Source of the DNA: Podarcis cretensis
Taxonomy: Eukaryota
DNA length: 64,000 nt
Direction of reading: 5' to 3'
NCBI GenBank assembly: GCA_951804945.1
Contig: OX638164.1
Coordinates: 41,664,001 to 41,728,000 of the forward strand
Positions 39,801 through 52,395 of this stretch are shown here, piece by piece. Made by a program: the position numbers and the translations under genes. The first letter of the stretch is position 1. Each line of letters starts with the position of its first letter. The notes under the pieces were generated by a model. It saw nothing but the letters and a program-made list of their open reading frames with translations. It was not told the DNA's origin and made no database searches.

Positions 39801-42800
39801 AACAGCTTTCAGAATGGATAGTATCTTTCTTCTTCAGCTTTATAAATGAGTTGGAAGAAGGGGAGTGTGAATCTGTGGTTGGAGAACATAAACTCCTCTT
39901 GTCAACGTTTTTTAACCTTGAATACTCTCCAAAAATTTCTTCACAGCACAAGATGTTTCTGCTGCAGCCTTCATTCTTCCAGTGATGCAAACATCCATTT
40001 GCTTTATCTCCCTCTTAATTTTCATTGGTAAGAGTTATTATTGTAAAAGCCAAGGCCATAACAAATATAACCCTAGTGCACATTTTATGCTGTTTGCCTC
40101 TGATTTATCAAGCAAAATTTCCAGGTTTATAGTAAAGGCCTAAGTATGTCTACTGCATACTTATGAGATGGTTGCTCCCAGATAGGAGTGCATAGGATTG
40201 TAGCTTTAATACACTTTGAAATAAAATATGTGAGAAAATTGAGTTTCCCAAGCCAAAACAAAGTCTAAGCATACACCTCCCCCCTTTATAATTCAAAAGT
40301 GAACATAACTACATCTCTGTTAATGTTTCATTCATTTTTCTACACGACTTTCCAATATATCCAAATGGTTTGGTAGGTCCAGAAATTGTCATTGTATCTA
40401 CTATATTTGTGAAAAGCTTGGATTTTTAAGAGTTTTAGATCTTTAAAAATAAAGACATGAGGTTTTCCAGCCCTCATTGCTGTGGAGCATAAATGAGGGC
40501 TAGAAACTTGCGTTGCTTTTTTTTTTAAAAAAAGAATGTGAAAGTTTTGGCTTTTAGGAATCTGAGGATTATTGTTGTTGTAGAGCAAGGATGAAAAGGC
40601 CTTGACAGCAACAAGCCCCCAATCACAAGTGGATTGTTGGACTCAGAAGACCAGGTTTCAGGTTCTTGTTTCCCAAGCTAAAGTACCCCACAGGATAAAA
40701 TAACCCTTGAAAGTCTACAAGGGCAGGCTCATAGCTAGAAATTTCACAGTGAGTGGATGTAGTGGAAGGATTCTTTCTGGAACAGCCAGATCATAATGAC
40801 CAGTAGCTCAAAAAGCTTAAATATATTTGATTGTACTAAATATTAATAAAATGAAATGTAAGAAAACTAGAGAACCTGGAACATCTCCATAAGTAAGAGA
40901 ACTAGAGACTTATTTTTATCATGAATGAAAGCTGAAAATTCAAGGACCTGGAGTGGGATCTGGAGCATGAACATGGCCAGCTGGCCATATGGCCTCAAAG
41001 TCCACACAGTGATTTGGCCATTTGCAAAGGGCACCTGAGCACATGTAGCTGAACACATGGGAGCCCTGAGCTCATGCAGCAGCACCTCCCCATGTACAAC
41101 AGTACACATATTGGCATTGCTTTGCCAACCTCTCACTTGACATGTGGACATTGGGGCCTGGGCACATGACGCCAGAGGGGTGGGACTAGTACATGTGGAT
41201 GACAACCTGTGAAAAAGAGGTTAAAACTGACTAGCAGAATTGCAAATGTCTCTTCTCAAATCAACCAATGAATGCTCCTGTTTTACAGGTGAGGAACACC
41301 GAGTCTGAGAAAGGAGCAATGAGCAAAAAGCCCATTGTGGCTGAGAACTTTCACTTGCTATAATTGTTCAATTCATTTGTAATGTTTAGGCTGCCAGGAC
41401 CATTGTTTATGTGATCAAGATAGCATCAGTCTCACACAAGTATTAGCAAATTCAGGGGTGGGGCAGGGACCTTGAGGTTTGAAGAAGTACAAAAAGAATT
41501 CTTAAGGAACAGGGGTGCCGACTTGCCCCCCACATTGAGGGGGGCCTGGCATTGTGTGACATCATATGCACGTCATGCACAATTTTTTGGAGGGGTGAAT
41601 CAGACACCTCCACAGAGATCCTCCTGCCGGTGGCAGGAGCTGGAGAACATGAAAAAATCACTCTCCATGTTGGCGGCGGGGAATGGGGAGCAGAGGGCAT
41701 GTTTGCAGGCAGGAAGCCAATCTCTTTGGGTTTATATTGAGGGGGCCGAAGCCCCTTTCATCCCTTATAGTTGGCACCCCTGTTAAGGAAAAAACCTAAG
41801 GAGAGACCTCCCCCAAATTGTCCAATAGAGACTGAGCATATTCAGTGGGCATCACTATTGAAGTGTGGTGCGGGATGGAAAATTATGTGTATATGTAGAC
41901 TTGATTAGCTGGAATTCTGATCATGGAGCACTTGACTCTGCAACACTTTGTTGCCAACTCCACGTGCTGTCAAACTATAGGGAATATGAAACTTTGCTGG
42001 TCCACTTCAAATTGCCCTCAGACATACCACTAGATCCCAATCTGCTTTGGGTCTGCCCATGCCTTAGAACTCTACCCAGGAAGACAGGAAGTTACAGTCC
42101 ATCAGGTTAGTTCATCAGGGCAAACAGGGCACTGTCCCACCAACCTCAGTTTGCCCTCAGCCAGCCCCTACCTGCCTGCCTTCTTCCAGGGGTGGTTCAT
42201 CCTGCTTTGCCACTTGAGGCAAAATGGGAAGGTACCACCCTGCATTTGTGCCACCCACCACCCCTCTTACTGCCCACCTAAGTCTTTCTTACTAGTGTGA
42301 CATGGCTGTGACTTCTGGCAAGAACCTTGCAATATCGCCCAGAGGCCTCACACAATCTTCCTGGGAATCAAGTAAGCAAGGCATCTCAGGAAGGTCATTC
42401 AAGGCCTCTGGAGGCCTCTGCTAGATCTTGTGGGGCTCTTGCAAGATTCCACAGGACTCTGGAGAGATCTCACCAGAACCCAGAAACCACCACAACCACA
42501 GCTGCCTCAGTCTGCCTCATGGACCGCCCAGTTGTTCTGGGGATCCATAGCCGACAAACTGCTGATAAAAGTGTTCCCTAGGAGCAATGTTTCTCAAACT
42601 TTGGTCCCCAAGTGTTGTTGGACTACAACTCCCATCATCCCTAGCTAGCAGGGCCAGTGGTTAGGGATGACAAGAGTTGTGGTCCAACAACAGCTGGAGT
42701 CTCAAGTTTGAGAAACACAGCCTGAAGAGTAAAAATGTGGATACCACTCCTATGCTAGGGGAGCAAGCAGACACCTTGCATGTCCCCATGCAAACCAAGG

Positions 42801-44557
42801 AAGTTGACCCAGCCATGGCATGTTTTGGAACTGTTTCCAAGTCTTCTTTTCCCTGTTGGCTGCATGGTTGTCAAGGCAAGGCTGCTTGTTACCTACTGTG
42901 GTGCCGGACAGTCAAAGCAGACACATCTCTCTCTTCCCATGCCTCTCCACGGGAGCCGGCCAAAAGCCCCTCTGCACACACGCCTCTCCCCTCCTGAGCT
43001 TGCAGTGATCTCCCCACTTGTCCTGCCGAGTCCAAATGCTTTTGTTTGCTGCTCCAGCCTGGCTCTCCTGCGACGAACTGCTGTTGTGCCATCTGCTGCT
43101 GATTAATTTTTTAGTAGCTGGGGATGTTTGTGAGGAATCAGTAACTTGGTGTGCTTTTGCCCTGTCACTTGACAAATGGCTGCCTTGGTCCCTTTTAAAG
43201 AACACTGGATTTCTTCTCTCCTCATCACACTGCCTCTGTCCTGAAGCTAAAGCACTCTGAGTTCTAGCCAGATAACACTGAAAGCAAAAAAACTGTCAGC
43301 AATGGCTATAGCAGTGGGAGAGAAGTCCACTGCCTTTTGCATGCAGCAAGCTGGTTGCTTCTTTCTCCAGCATCTTGCTGAAGGAGAAAGCTTTTCACGT
43401 GGTCAGCCCTGCTGGGGAGTTGGTGACTCAGGCGGGGAGGGGCAGAACTGGGTCAGAGAAGAGCTTTCTTAAAAGCAGCTGAAGCAACTGTGCCTTGACT
43501 CTGAGGCCTTCTAGATCACTAGCAGGGGCCTGCTGGAGAAAACCATCTTTTCCCTAGCAGTAGTATTGTATAGTGGTTAAAGAGTGCTAGGCTAGGACCA
43601 AATGCCCATTGTCCCCTGAAGAAGCACAGGGTGAAAACATAATAAATAAAAAGATGACTCTACATACAGAATCAAGTAATTTGGAGCTGAAACAGTCACC
43701 TTGGACTTCTCTGCTGCAGCCAAAGCAGGTTCCGAGACTTCACGATGATTTATTTTGGAAGATGTCCTCTCTTATTAGGAAGACTAAAGGTAGGTCCTGG
43801 GAAACAGAAAGCTAGAAGCATGAAGCCACATCCCAAATGCTCATGCATCTGATCAAGTATGGCACAATGGAACAATGTGTCTTGCTGTTAACCAGAAGGT
43901 TGGTGGTTCAAACCTGCCCAAGAACAGTTGTGGGCAGGATTACTGCATTGCATGGGATTGGACTAGATGCCTCTCTCAGCAACAGCTTAACCCCAGGCAT
44001 CAAATGTCAGGCCTGAAATCCAGGTTAACAATGAGCCTGCTAGTTGCTTTAAGTGTGGCACATCTACAGGAGACCGGCAAGCGACGGTAGTTGGCCTTCA
44101 GAATTGACAGGATGGAAGGCAGAGAGACCAAGAATAAGTCTGAGCTAGAGCCAGTAACAAGCAGAGCCAATTATTTCTAGTTTTGTTCCCACCCTCCTCC
44201 CTGCTCAGTTCTACAAGGGGCAGCAGTGAGTCTAAGCTGGCAGGCAGAGCCACACCCTGGGCTGGTTGCAAGGCAGAAGAAAGGCAGCTTCCCCTTCGCT
44301 GTAATGGACCAGTCTCCACGCGGACAGGCATTCTTCCTTCTTGAGCAGCTGCTGTCAAGAACATATTACAAAGGACATTGTCAAATCTTAATACATACAG
44401 TTGATTCCCTTGTGTGCTAGATATTTGTCCCTTGTGAGTATGGTCTGTTTCTTACTGTATTTCCCAGGGTGCTCGCAAATAGGGAAAAGAACAAGTAGTA
44501 AAAAGGGAGGACAAATAAGAAGAACAGGAGTCTGTGAGAAGAAAAACTTTTCTATTT

Positions 44558-45436
44558 TGCAGATGACACCAAACTGGGAGGGGTGGCTAACACCCCAGAG
44601 GACAGGATCACACTTCAAAACGACCTTGACAGATTAGAGAACTGGGCCAAAACAAACAAGATGAATTTTAATAGGGAGAAATGTAAAGTATTGCACTTGG
44701 GCAAAAAAAAAAAATGAGAGGCACAAATACAAGATGGGCGACACCTGGCTTGAGAGCAGTACATGTGAAAAGGATCTAGGAGTCTTGGTTGACCACAAAC
44801 TTGACATGAGCCAACAGTGTGACGCGGCAGCTAAAAAAGCCAATGCAATTCTGGGCTGCATCAATAGGAGTATTGCATCTAGATCAAGGGAAGTAATAGT
44901 GCCACTGTATTCTGCTCTGGTCAGACCTCACCTGGAGTACTGTGTCCAGTTCTGGGCACCACAGTTCAAGAAGGACACTGACAAACTGGAACGTGTCCAG
45001 AGGAGGGCAACCAAAATGGTCCAAGGCCTGGAAACGATGCCTTATGAAGAACGGCTAAGGGAGCTGGGCATGTTTAGCCTGGAGAAGAGGAGGTTAAGGG
45101 GTGATATGATAGCCATGTTCAAATATATAAAAGGATGTCACATAGAGGAGGGAGAAAGGTTGTTTTCTGCTGCTCCAGAGAAGCGGACACGGAGCAATGG
45201 TTCCAAACTACAAGAAAGAAGATTCCACCTAAACATTAGGAAGAACTTCCTGACAGTAAGAGCTGTTCGACAGTGGAATTTGCTGCCAAGGAGTGTGGTG
45301 GAGTCTCCTTCTTTGGAGGTCTTTAAGCAGAGGCTTGACAACCATATGTCAGGAGTGCTCTGATGGTGTTTCCTGCTTGGCAGGGGGTTGGACTCGATGG
45401 CCCTTGTGGTCTCTTCCAACTCTATGATTCTATGAA
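44558..45436 (+). mobile_element. CR1 LINE, 5'-truncated (RT C-terminus + 3' UTR)
   Basis: FADDTKL...[13 protein letters not shown]...; (ATTCTATG) tail; apparent TSD TTCTATTT. Confidence 0.95.
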
Positions 45437-45736
45437 TTCTATTTTCTCTGTGTGAGGATATCACAAAGTTGTTTCTGTAAAAATATATATTTAAATTAAA
45501 TTAAATTAAAATGTTGTTCCTATTCAGAATAGACCCACTGGAAAGAATGAACATGACTCACCTAGATCCATTAACTTCAGTGTGCCTACTGTAAATTAGC
45601 TGAACACTATTCTAAGTACCAGTATGAATTATACAATGAAACAGAAAAGACAAGCAACTGCTTATCTTGAAGAGGCTGTAGGCTGCCTCTCCTCCCTTCC
45701 CCTCAAGGCAATATGATTCCTCAGAAGTCCCTGCGG

Positions 45737-45738
<2 letters not shown>

Positions 45739-45785
<47 letters not shown>
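45739..45785. repeat. (AG)n microsatellite
   Basis: Direct reading. Confidence 0.95.
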
Positions 45786-45788
<3 letters not shown>

Positions 45789-45840
45789 TTTCCCTCCAGG
45801 AATAGTTTTATTCTTTCAGAGGCTTGGGGATGAAACAATA

Positions 45841-46082
45841 CAGTGGTACCTTGGTTGTTGAATGGCTTGGCTCCCAAACAAATCAGCTCCCGAACGCCTC
45901 AAACCCGGAAATAAACGTTCTGGTTAGCGAACATTTTTTGGAAGCCAAACATCCAATGTGGCTTCCAATTGAATGCAGGAAGCTCCTGCAGCCAATCGGA
46001 AGCTGTGCTTTAGTTATTGAACGGTTCTAGGAGTTGAACAGACTCCCAGAACAGATTAAGTTCGACAACCAAGGTACCACTG
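45841..46082. mobile_element. Tigger/pogo-like MITE
   Basis: TIR CAGTGGTACCTTGGTTGT / ACAACCAAGGTACCACTG; TA TSD. Confidence 0.85.
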
Positions 46083-48230
46083 TATGGATATCCCAATCTG
46101 GATATGTTCTCTCTTTCCCTGTTTTAAAAACCTTTTGAGGTGTGGGTCCATGAGGTATGGGCAAGACCTGCCATTGTGCCACAGGATCCAACAGGACTTC
46201 TCCTTTCCTCTCCTCTCCTTGCAGCCCCACCTCACACTGCTCCATGTGATCTTCCAAACCTCTAGAGCAAATTTGGGGAGTATGTAGGGGGCTGCAGATG
46301 GGAAGAGTAAGTCCCACTTGCACAAGTCATTTGAAGAAGCAGAACATCACAGAGTGATGTCAGCTGGTGTCTACAAAAGTTCTCAGTTTTGGATGGAGAA
46401 ATCTGTCAATTCCAGTTTGTCCTGCCTTCTCAATTTGACAACCTTAAATTCCCTTCACCCCGTTTCTATATCAGTTTGTGATGTTTTCTCTTATGAAAAT
46501 TCTGCAGGAAAATATATATGCATTTTTATGCACATTTCTCCTAACAAAAGCAATTTTTGTATGCAATGTTGCCTACTGTTTTAATTTTAATTTTATGTTT
46601 TTAAATTATTTGTTTCTTCTTCTTATTACTGTTATTCTATTACATAACAAGGGATAAAACACCTTAAAACATATATGCATTTTTGCAATGAATTGTCCAA
46701 CGTATGTCATTCTGTACATTTCCCCCACTAATATATGCATTTTGGGGTCATGTTTTAAAGTTGAAGAATTGCATCACAAAATTCAGAGAATTGCAAATTT
46801 TGAAGGATAGCTTTGTGTTTCAGTTTGCTTATTGGTTTGGGAATTGCGATTAGGGGAAGTGCATATGCATATGCAAATTGAGTCAATTTCCCTCTCACCC
46901 CTGCTCACACTTAGAGAATTCTGTCTTCACTATACCACCTTTAAACTCTGTTGCCAAAATAAACCAGTGTACCTTACTGAAACCCAACAGCTTTGTTCTT
47001 GAAGAATAGACATGGGATTAAAACTACAATTGGAGACAAGTTTATAAGATGAGCAAAACTGATACGTTTATTAAGGAAATAATTTGCATGGAGGGGATGC
47101 AATGGCTGAGAGAATTAGTTGGGCTAATTAGTTTGTTACTAAAATATGAACAGCAGAAACAAATATATGTATATGTTTTATGAAGATTGTTGGTAACATT
47201 AGAAATATGGGCATAAAGATTAATAAATTGAAGAGAAGTATATAGAACTTACATCATGTATTGATATCCTGCACTTAACCTTTCAGCTTAGAGAGATACT
47301 TTTTAACTTGAAGTGTTTACAGAAATTTAGAGAATTCAGTGAGTTGAGCATAGGATTCTGACACTTTGTTTTCTTCTATTCTGAGCTGCTAACTCCAACA
47401 GAATTCATAACAGGGATTTTTAAAAAGCTAATCAAAATAATTTAAAGATGGGTTGGGTTTTTTTTTTACAAGTTAAAGGGGTTTGTTTGCAAAGCCTCCC
47501 CATCTACTGCCATATTAGGCCTCATCTGCACCATAACTTTAAAGCTGTTTTATGCCACTTTAACAGTCATGGCTTCCCCTAAAGAATCCAGGGAACTGTA
47601 GTTTAAGGGTGCTGAGTATTGTTAGGAGATCTCCTATTTGCCCCCCCAAGAGTGGCTTAACAGTCAATCCCCTTTTCCTGGGGGACTCTGAGAACTGTAG
47701 TTTTTAAGTTGCACTGAGCTCTGTGGGAGAGGGACCAGGGAATGAAGGGATCTGGGATGCAATGCAATGCAACTGTTTATTCCTTTCCCCACTCATTCTC
47801 TGACCTTGACTCATCCAGTTTTGCCCTTTACACCAGTTTAACTTCTACCTGCTTAGCTTCCCTCAGCAGGGCATTACATCAGCCAGTGTACGTAGAAATG
47901 CCAGGGGAAAGCATTTATGCTGGCTTTTAGAAGGAAAACTCTGATTCTAAGCCTCTGCTGCCTTCCAGCTATACTCATTCACGAGTAAACCCCAAGGAAA
48001 AATCTGTGCCTGCTGCCTTGCAGGACATCTTCAGGAGAAGAAAAGGCCATGTAAACACTACACAAATCCAGAGTCCAGTCCCTAAGACAGTCGGATGGCA
48101 TATTGTATGCCTCTTTCCAGCAACTCCTGCATCCACGCTGGTGCCAGATCTATCACTCTACTTTCCTTTGGACCACATCAGCGAGGCTGAGAGGGAAATT
48201 TGTCTTCTGGGCAGCCCAGGACCTCTAAAC

Positions 48231-48483
48231 CAGGGTTCAGCAAACTTTTTCAACAGGGGGCCGGTCCACTGACACTCAGACCTTGTGGGGGGCCGGACTA
48301 TATTTTGGAAAAAATAATAATGAACAAATTCCTATGCCCCACAAATAACCCAGAGATGCATTTTAAATAAAAGGACACATTCTACTCATGTAAAAACATG
48401 CTGATTCCTGGACTGTCCGCGGGCCGGATTTAGAAGGCGATTGGGCCGGATCCGGCCCCTAGGCCTTAGTTTGCCTACCCATG
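48231..48483. mobile_element. hAT (Charlie-like) MITE
   Basis: CAGGGTTCAGCAAAC...GTTTGCCTACCCATG; TSD CTCTAAAC/TTCTAAAC. Confidence 0.8.
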
Positions 48484-48491
48484 TTCTAAAC

Positions 48492-48658
48492 CAGTGGCGT
48501 AGCGTGGGGGGTGCAGGGGGCCGGCCGCACCGGGCGCAACATCTGGGGGTTAGGGTTAGGGTGCGCAAACCCACGGGTTAGGGGGCGCAAATCCATGGGT
48601 TAGGGGGCGCAAATTACTTGCCTTGCCCCGGGTGCTGACAACCCACGCTACGCCACTG
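48492..48658. mobile_element. hAT-type MITE, same family as 9178-9308
   Basis: TIR CAGTGGCGTAGCGTGGG / CCCACGCTACGCCACTG; extra internal repeat units. Confidence 0.9.
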
Positions 48659-51527
48659 CTCTAATCATACAGCTCAGGTTTGTGCCCCAGAAAGGTCACT
48701 TTGGTGCTGCTAATGTAGCAAAACCAGCACGGGAGGCAGCAGTTACAAGTGGTCACAGCAGGCACTGTGATTCTCCAGTGGTTTGACCTCACCTCCAGAG
48801 GTGCACTCCCTTGTCTCTTGAATTGAATTGAATTGAAAAGTGCCAATAAGTCCAGATTAGCCAGGGTGGGGAGATATGCCAAATCGCAACCCTGCCAGCA
48901 CATCAGGGTTTGGACTGCCCATAAGATAGCAAAATCACAGGAAATGTGAGATAAAAGCCTTCAGAAGGTAGAAGATTGCTCTCACCAGTCATTTATCTCA
49001 CACAACTAGGGCTAAAAACCTGAACGCACAATGTGAAACCCACCCACCCCCTGCATAAAACCCCAAGCTTAACTAGAAGAATTAAGGGCATGGTGGTGGA
49101 ATACACCCACCCCTTGCTTTTAAATTAGTGGACACTTCTATTTGAAGGACTGTACAATTCAAGATGAAGAACTGTAAAAAGAGAGAGCAGGAGGAGTCTT
49201 GAAGTTGTCCATCATTACTATCATACCTCCACAGTCCTAGGCAGTATGCTTCTGAATACCAGTTGCTAGAAATCACAGGATGGGAGAGTGCTGTTAAGTT
49301 CAGGTCCTGCTTGCGGCTTCTCATAGACATCTGGCTGGCCACTGTGAGAACAGGATGCTGGACTACTGGGCCACTCGCCTGATCCAGCAGGGCTTTTCTT
49401 AGTTTCTTAGCATCTGGGCAGCCGACTGAACTACCTTCCCCACTATGGCAAGATATATTGCATTTCTATTTAAATTAAAGCATGACTTCCAAATTTGCAG
49501 AAAGAAATGTAAATAAGCATAAGGACCTATAGATTAACGTATGCAAATATTATTTGTGCCACCCTCTAGTCTACTTCTTTTTGACGATGCACAAGTAGCC
49601 AGCTTGGCATGAGATCCGCTGCCTGGCATGAGACTCGCCCTGCAGTCTAAAACAAGTTTTAAGGTTCAGTCAGTGCAGAGATATCTGGGTGTATGGCCCA
49701 CTGGCTTTAATGGAGCTGACTTTTGGGTAGGCATGAATAGCAGTGTGCTGTGCCCCTGCAGTGCAGAAACTCTCTCACTGGATCATCATGCCTCCTCGCT
49801 CACAACACAAATTAAATCCTAAGCATATGAACAGGGTTCATTCATTCATTCTCTTTCTCTCCTGCTGCCTTTCCTTTCAACCCTTTAGTGCTTGTATCCC
49901 CCGCCCCATCTCCTTTCCCCTCTCTGTTTATTTTGTTTCCAGATAGAGAGTCCTGAAGCTCATTTCTTTCTCGGAATTCTATTTAGAACTCCAGTTGGTG
50001 GTTGTATTTTTGTGTTTCGTATGTGTGTGTTTAAATTTCAAGAGGACTCCACCGAGCTTGTAAATTGTATTGGATCAGTGAGCTCATAATGAGGCTTCCG
50101 AGTCCAAACAGTGCACGTCTGTTGGGACTTTATTGTTCATAAAGCGCCTTCCCCAGAGAGTAATAGAGTCATTAGGTGTGTGCTGTGTTTAATATTTGGC
50201 CATGACAGGAAGCAATAATTTTTTCTATCTTTACTGTGGCTTTGGAGTTGTTATTTAAACACTTGGCTTATTTGAGTCTCGGTGACTGTGAACCAATTAG
50301 GCAAAGAGTAAAATGAGGAGAGTCGCGGCTGTTTCTCATGCAGCAGAGTGCCTCTCCCTTAAACGCATATGCTACAACTGCCCCAGTAAATGAAAGCCGG
50401 CTCCGTGTGTGTGTGTGTGTGTGTGTGTTCCCTGTCCTTGGTAAATTTACTGTCCCTATTTTGTCCCTTTTAATGGATATTGGGCATACCTTGCTAATTT
50501 TCAGCTCGTGTGAGGGTGTTGGAGCTTAGTGGTAGAACATCTGCTTTGCACACAGAAGAGTCCAAGTCCAGTCCCTGGCAACACTGACTTTCTGATACAG
50601 GTTTGGGTTCAGTACAAGGCAACTTCCTATCTTCCAATGAGATGCTAAGAGTCTTCTTTCTTCAGGTTTCAAATCCTTTCCCAGGTCTCTCTGGAAGTCT
50701 GAACTACATGTTGCATTAACTGTTTTGTTTAAAATAGCAGGTTTCAAATGAGCTACACCCCTTCCTTAATCCTGGGGACCCTTGGTTTGGATTAAGATTG
50801 GCGAAATGAGAAACCAAAATTGCCCACCCAAGGATGGTATCATGTTTGTGTGTTAAGGAATGAATGTATTTCCTGAAAAAGCCCCTCAAGAGGCAGATGG
50901 GGAGTAGTGATGGCTAAATTCCCTTCACCTTAATTTGGAATTGACCCAGTATTTATGGGATTTCTCAGTAAGCATTTGGGAAAAAGTTTGTTTGGTTTCT
51001 ATGCTCTCTTTTTCTCTCTGCTTACAATGTCAAGATTTTAGTTTTGCCTTCATTTTTATTATTGTCAAAAGCCCTCCATTTTCCAGTAAGCTTTCAGTTG
51101 CTCCCTCAAAATTTCATATATTTTCACTCCAAGTTCTTCACATTAATCACTGCTAGAGATGAATTAATTGGTCAGTTTTGGTGTTCTCAGTTTCTTATTT
51201 TTTCCAGCCTTATGTTCAATTTATTTCTGCCTCAATTTACTTTAACCCCTCTCCCTTTTTTAAAAAAAGCCAGCATGGAAATTTGTATGCATTTTTGTAT
51301 GTGTGCTTCTCCTCATATATGCATTTTTACACAGTTTTACCTAATGCCATTTTGTACTTAATTTTCATTAAATATGCATTTTTGTGCACTTGTTTTGTTT
51401 ACAAAACTGCACCACAAAATTTGGGGAAAGGTGAAATTCAAAGAGTAGCTGAGTTTTAATTCACTCTTTGGTTTGGGAAGTACAAATCAGGTACAATTTT
51501 CTCCTCCCATCCCTAATTTAAATCTCA

Positions 51528-51708
51528 GGCTGTGTACACACTATACCTTTAAAGCTTATTCAAAGCACATTATTTCCCTCACAGAATTCTGGGCACTGTA
51601 GTTTGTTAATGGTTGCTTGGAATATTAACTCTGTGAGGGGTAAACTAAAGTGTCCAGAATTTGCTGAGGGGGAAAAGTGTACTTTACAGGTGTAGTGTGT
51701 ACACAGTC
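51528..51708. mobile_element. Palindromic MITE (Harbinger-like)
   Basis: TIR GGCTGTGTACACACTA / TAGTGTGTACACAGTC; flanks TCA/TTA; relatives near 10540, 37700, 39410, 47520. Confidence 0.6.
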
Positions 51709-51991
51709 TTAGAGCTGTGCAAACCACTGGAAAATTGCTGTTTTTAAAAAGACTCCCGAGAACTGTGCATTTCCTGGGCTACTGAGAGAGGATTTAGATC
51801 AGGGATGGATCCTGAGCCTTGGAAGAAAAGCTTGGGGACGTTTTCTGATCTGAATGAGCTGCATTTAGGCAGTCGCTCTTTTACATGTGTATCTTTGTAG
51901 GCCTTTCTGTCTAAGATCAATGACTCTCGATTTGTAACACCTCAGAGCATTATAACTGGACAAATCTGTATTCTAAACCAGGTGATTATAC

Positions 51992-52343
51992 GGGTGGCGC
52001 TGTGGTCTAAACCACTGAGCCTAGGGCTTGCTGGTCGGCGGTTCAAATCCCTGTGACAGGGTGAGCTCCCGTTGCTCGGTCCCAGCTCCTGCCAACCTAG
52101 CAGTTCAAAAGCACGCCAAAAAGTGCAAGTAGATAAATAGGTACCGCTCCAGCGGGAAGGTAAACAGCATTTCCGTGCGCTGCTCTGGTTCACCAGAAAT
52201 GGCTTAGTCATGCTGGCCACATGACCCAGGAAAACTGTCTGCAGACAAACGCTGGCTCCCTCGGCCTGTAAACAAGATGAGCGCCACAACCCCAGAGTCG
52301 TCTGCGACTGGACTTAACTGTCAGGGGTCCTTTACTTTTTTTA
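51992..52343 (+). mobile_element. Sauria SINE
   Basis: Matches the 31512 copy; TSD ATTATAC. Confidence 0.9.
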
Positions 52344-52395
52344 ATTATACATTTTGGCAACGACATTAAGCGGGAGTGATATTTTGCCTTTTCAG

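Noticed and set aside
43612-43650. CTGAAGA...GAAA hammerhead-like string on the + strand
   Set aside because: No stem I and a poor stem II; cannot be supported
44734-45363. 209-aa ORF as a host gene
   Set aside because: It is the C-terminus of CR1 ORF2 in a truncated copy
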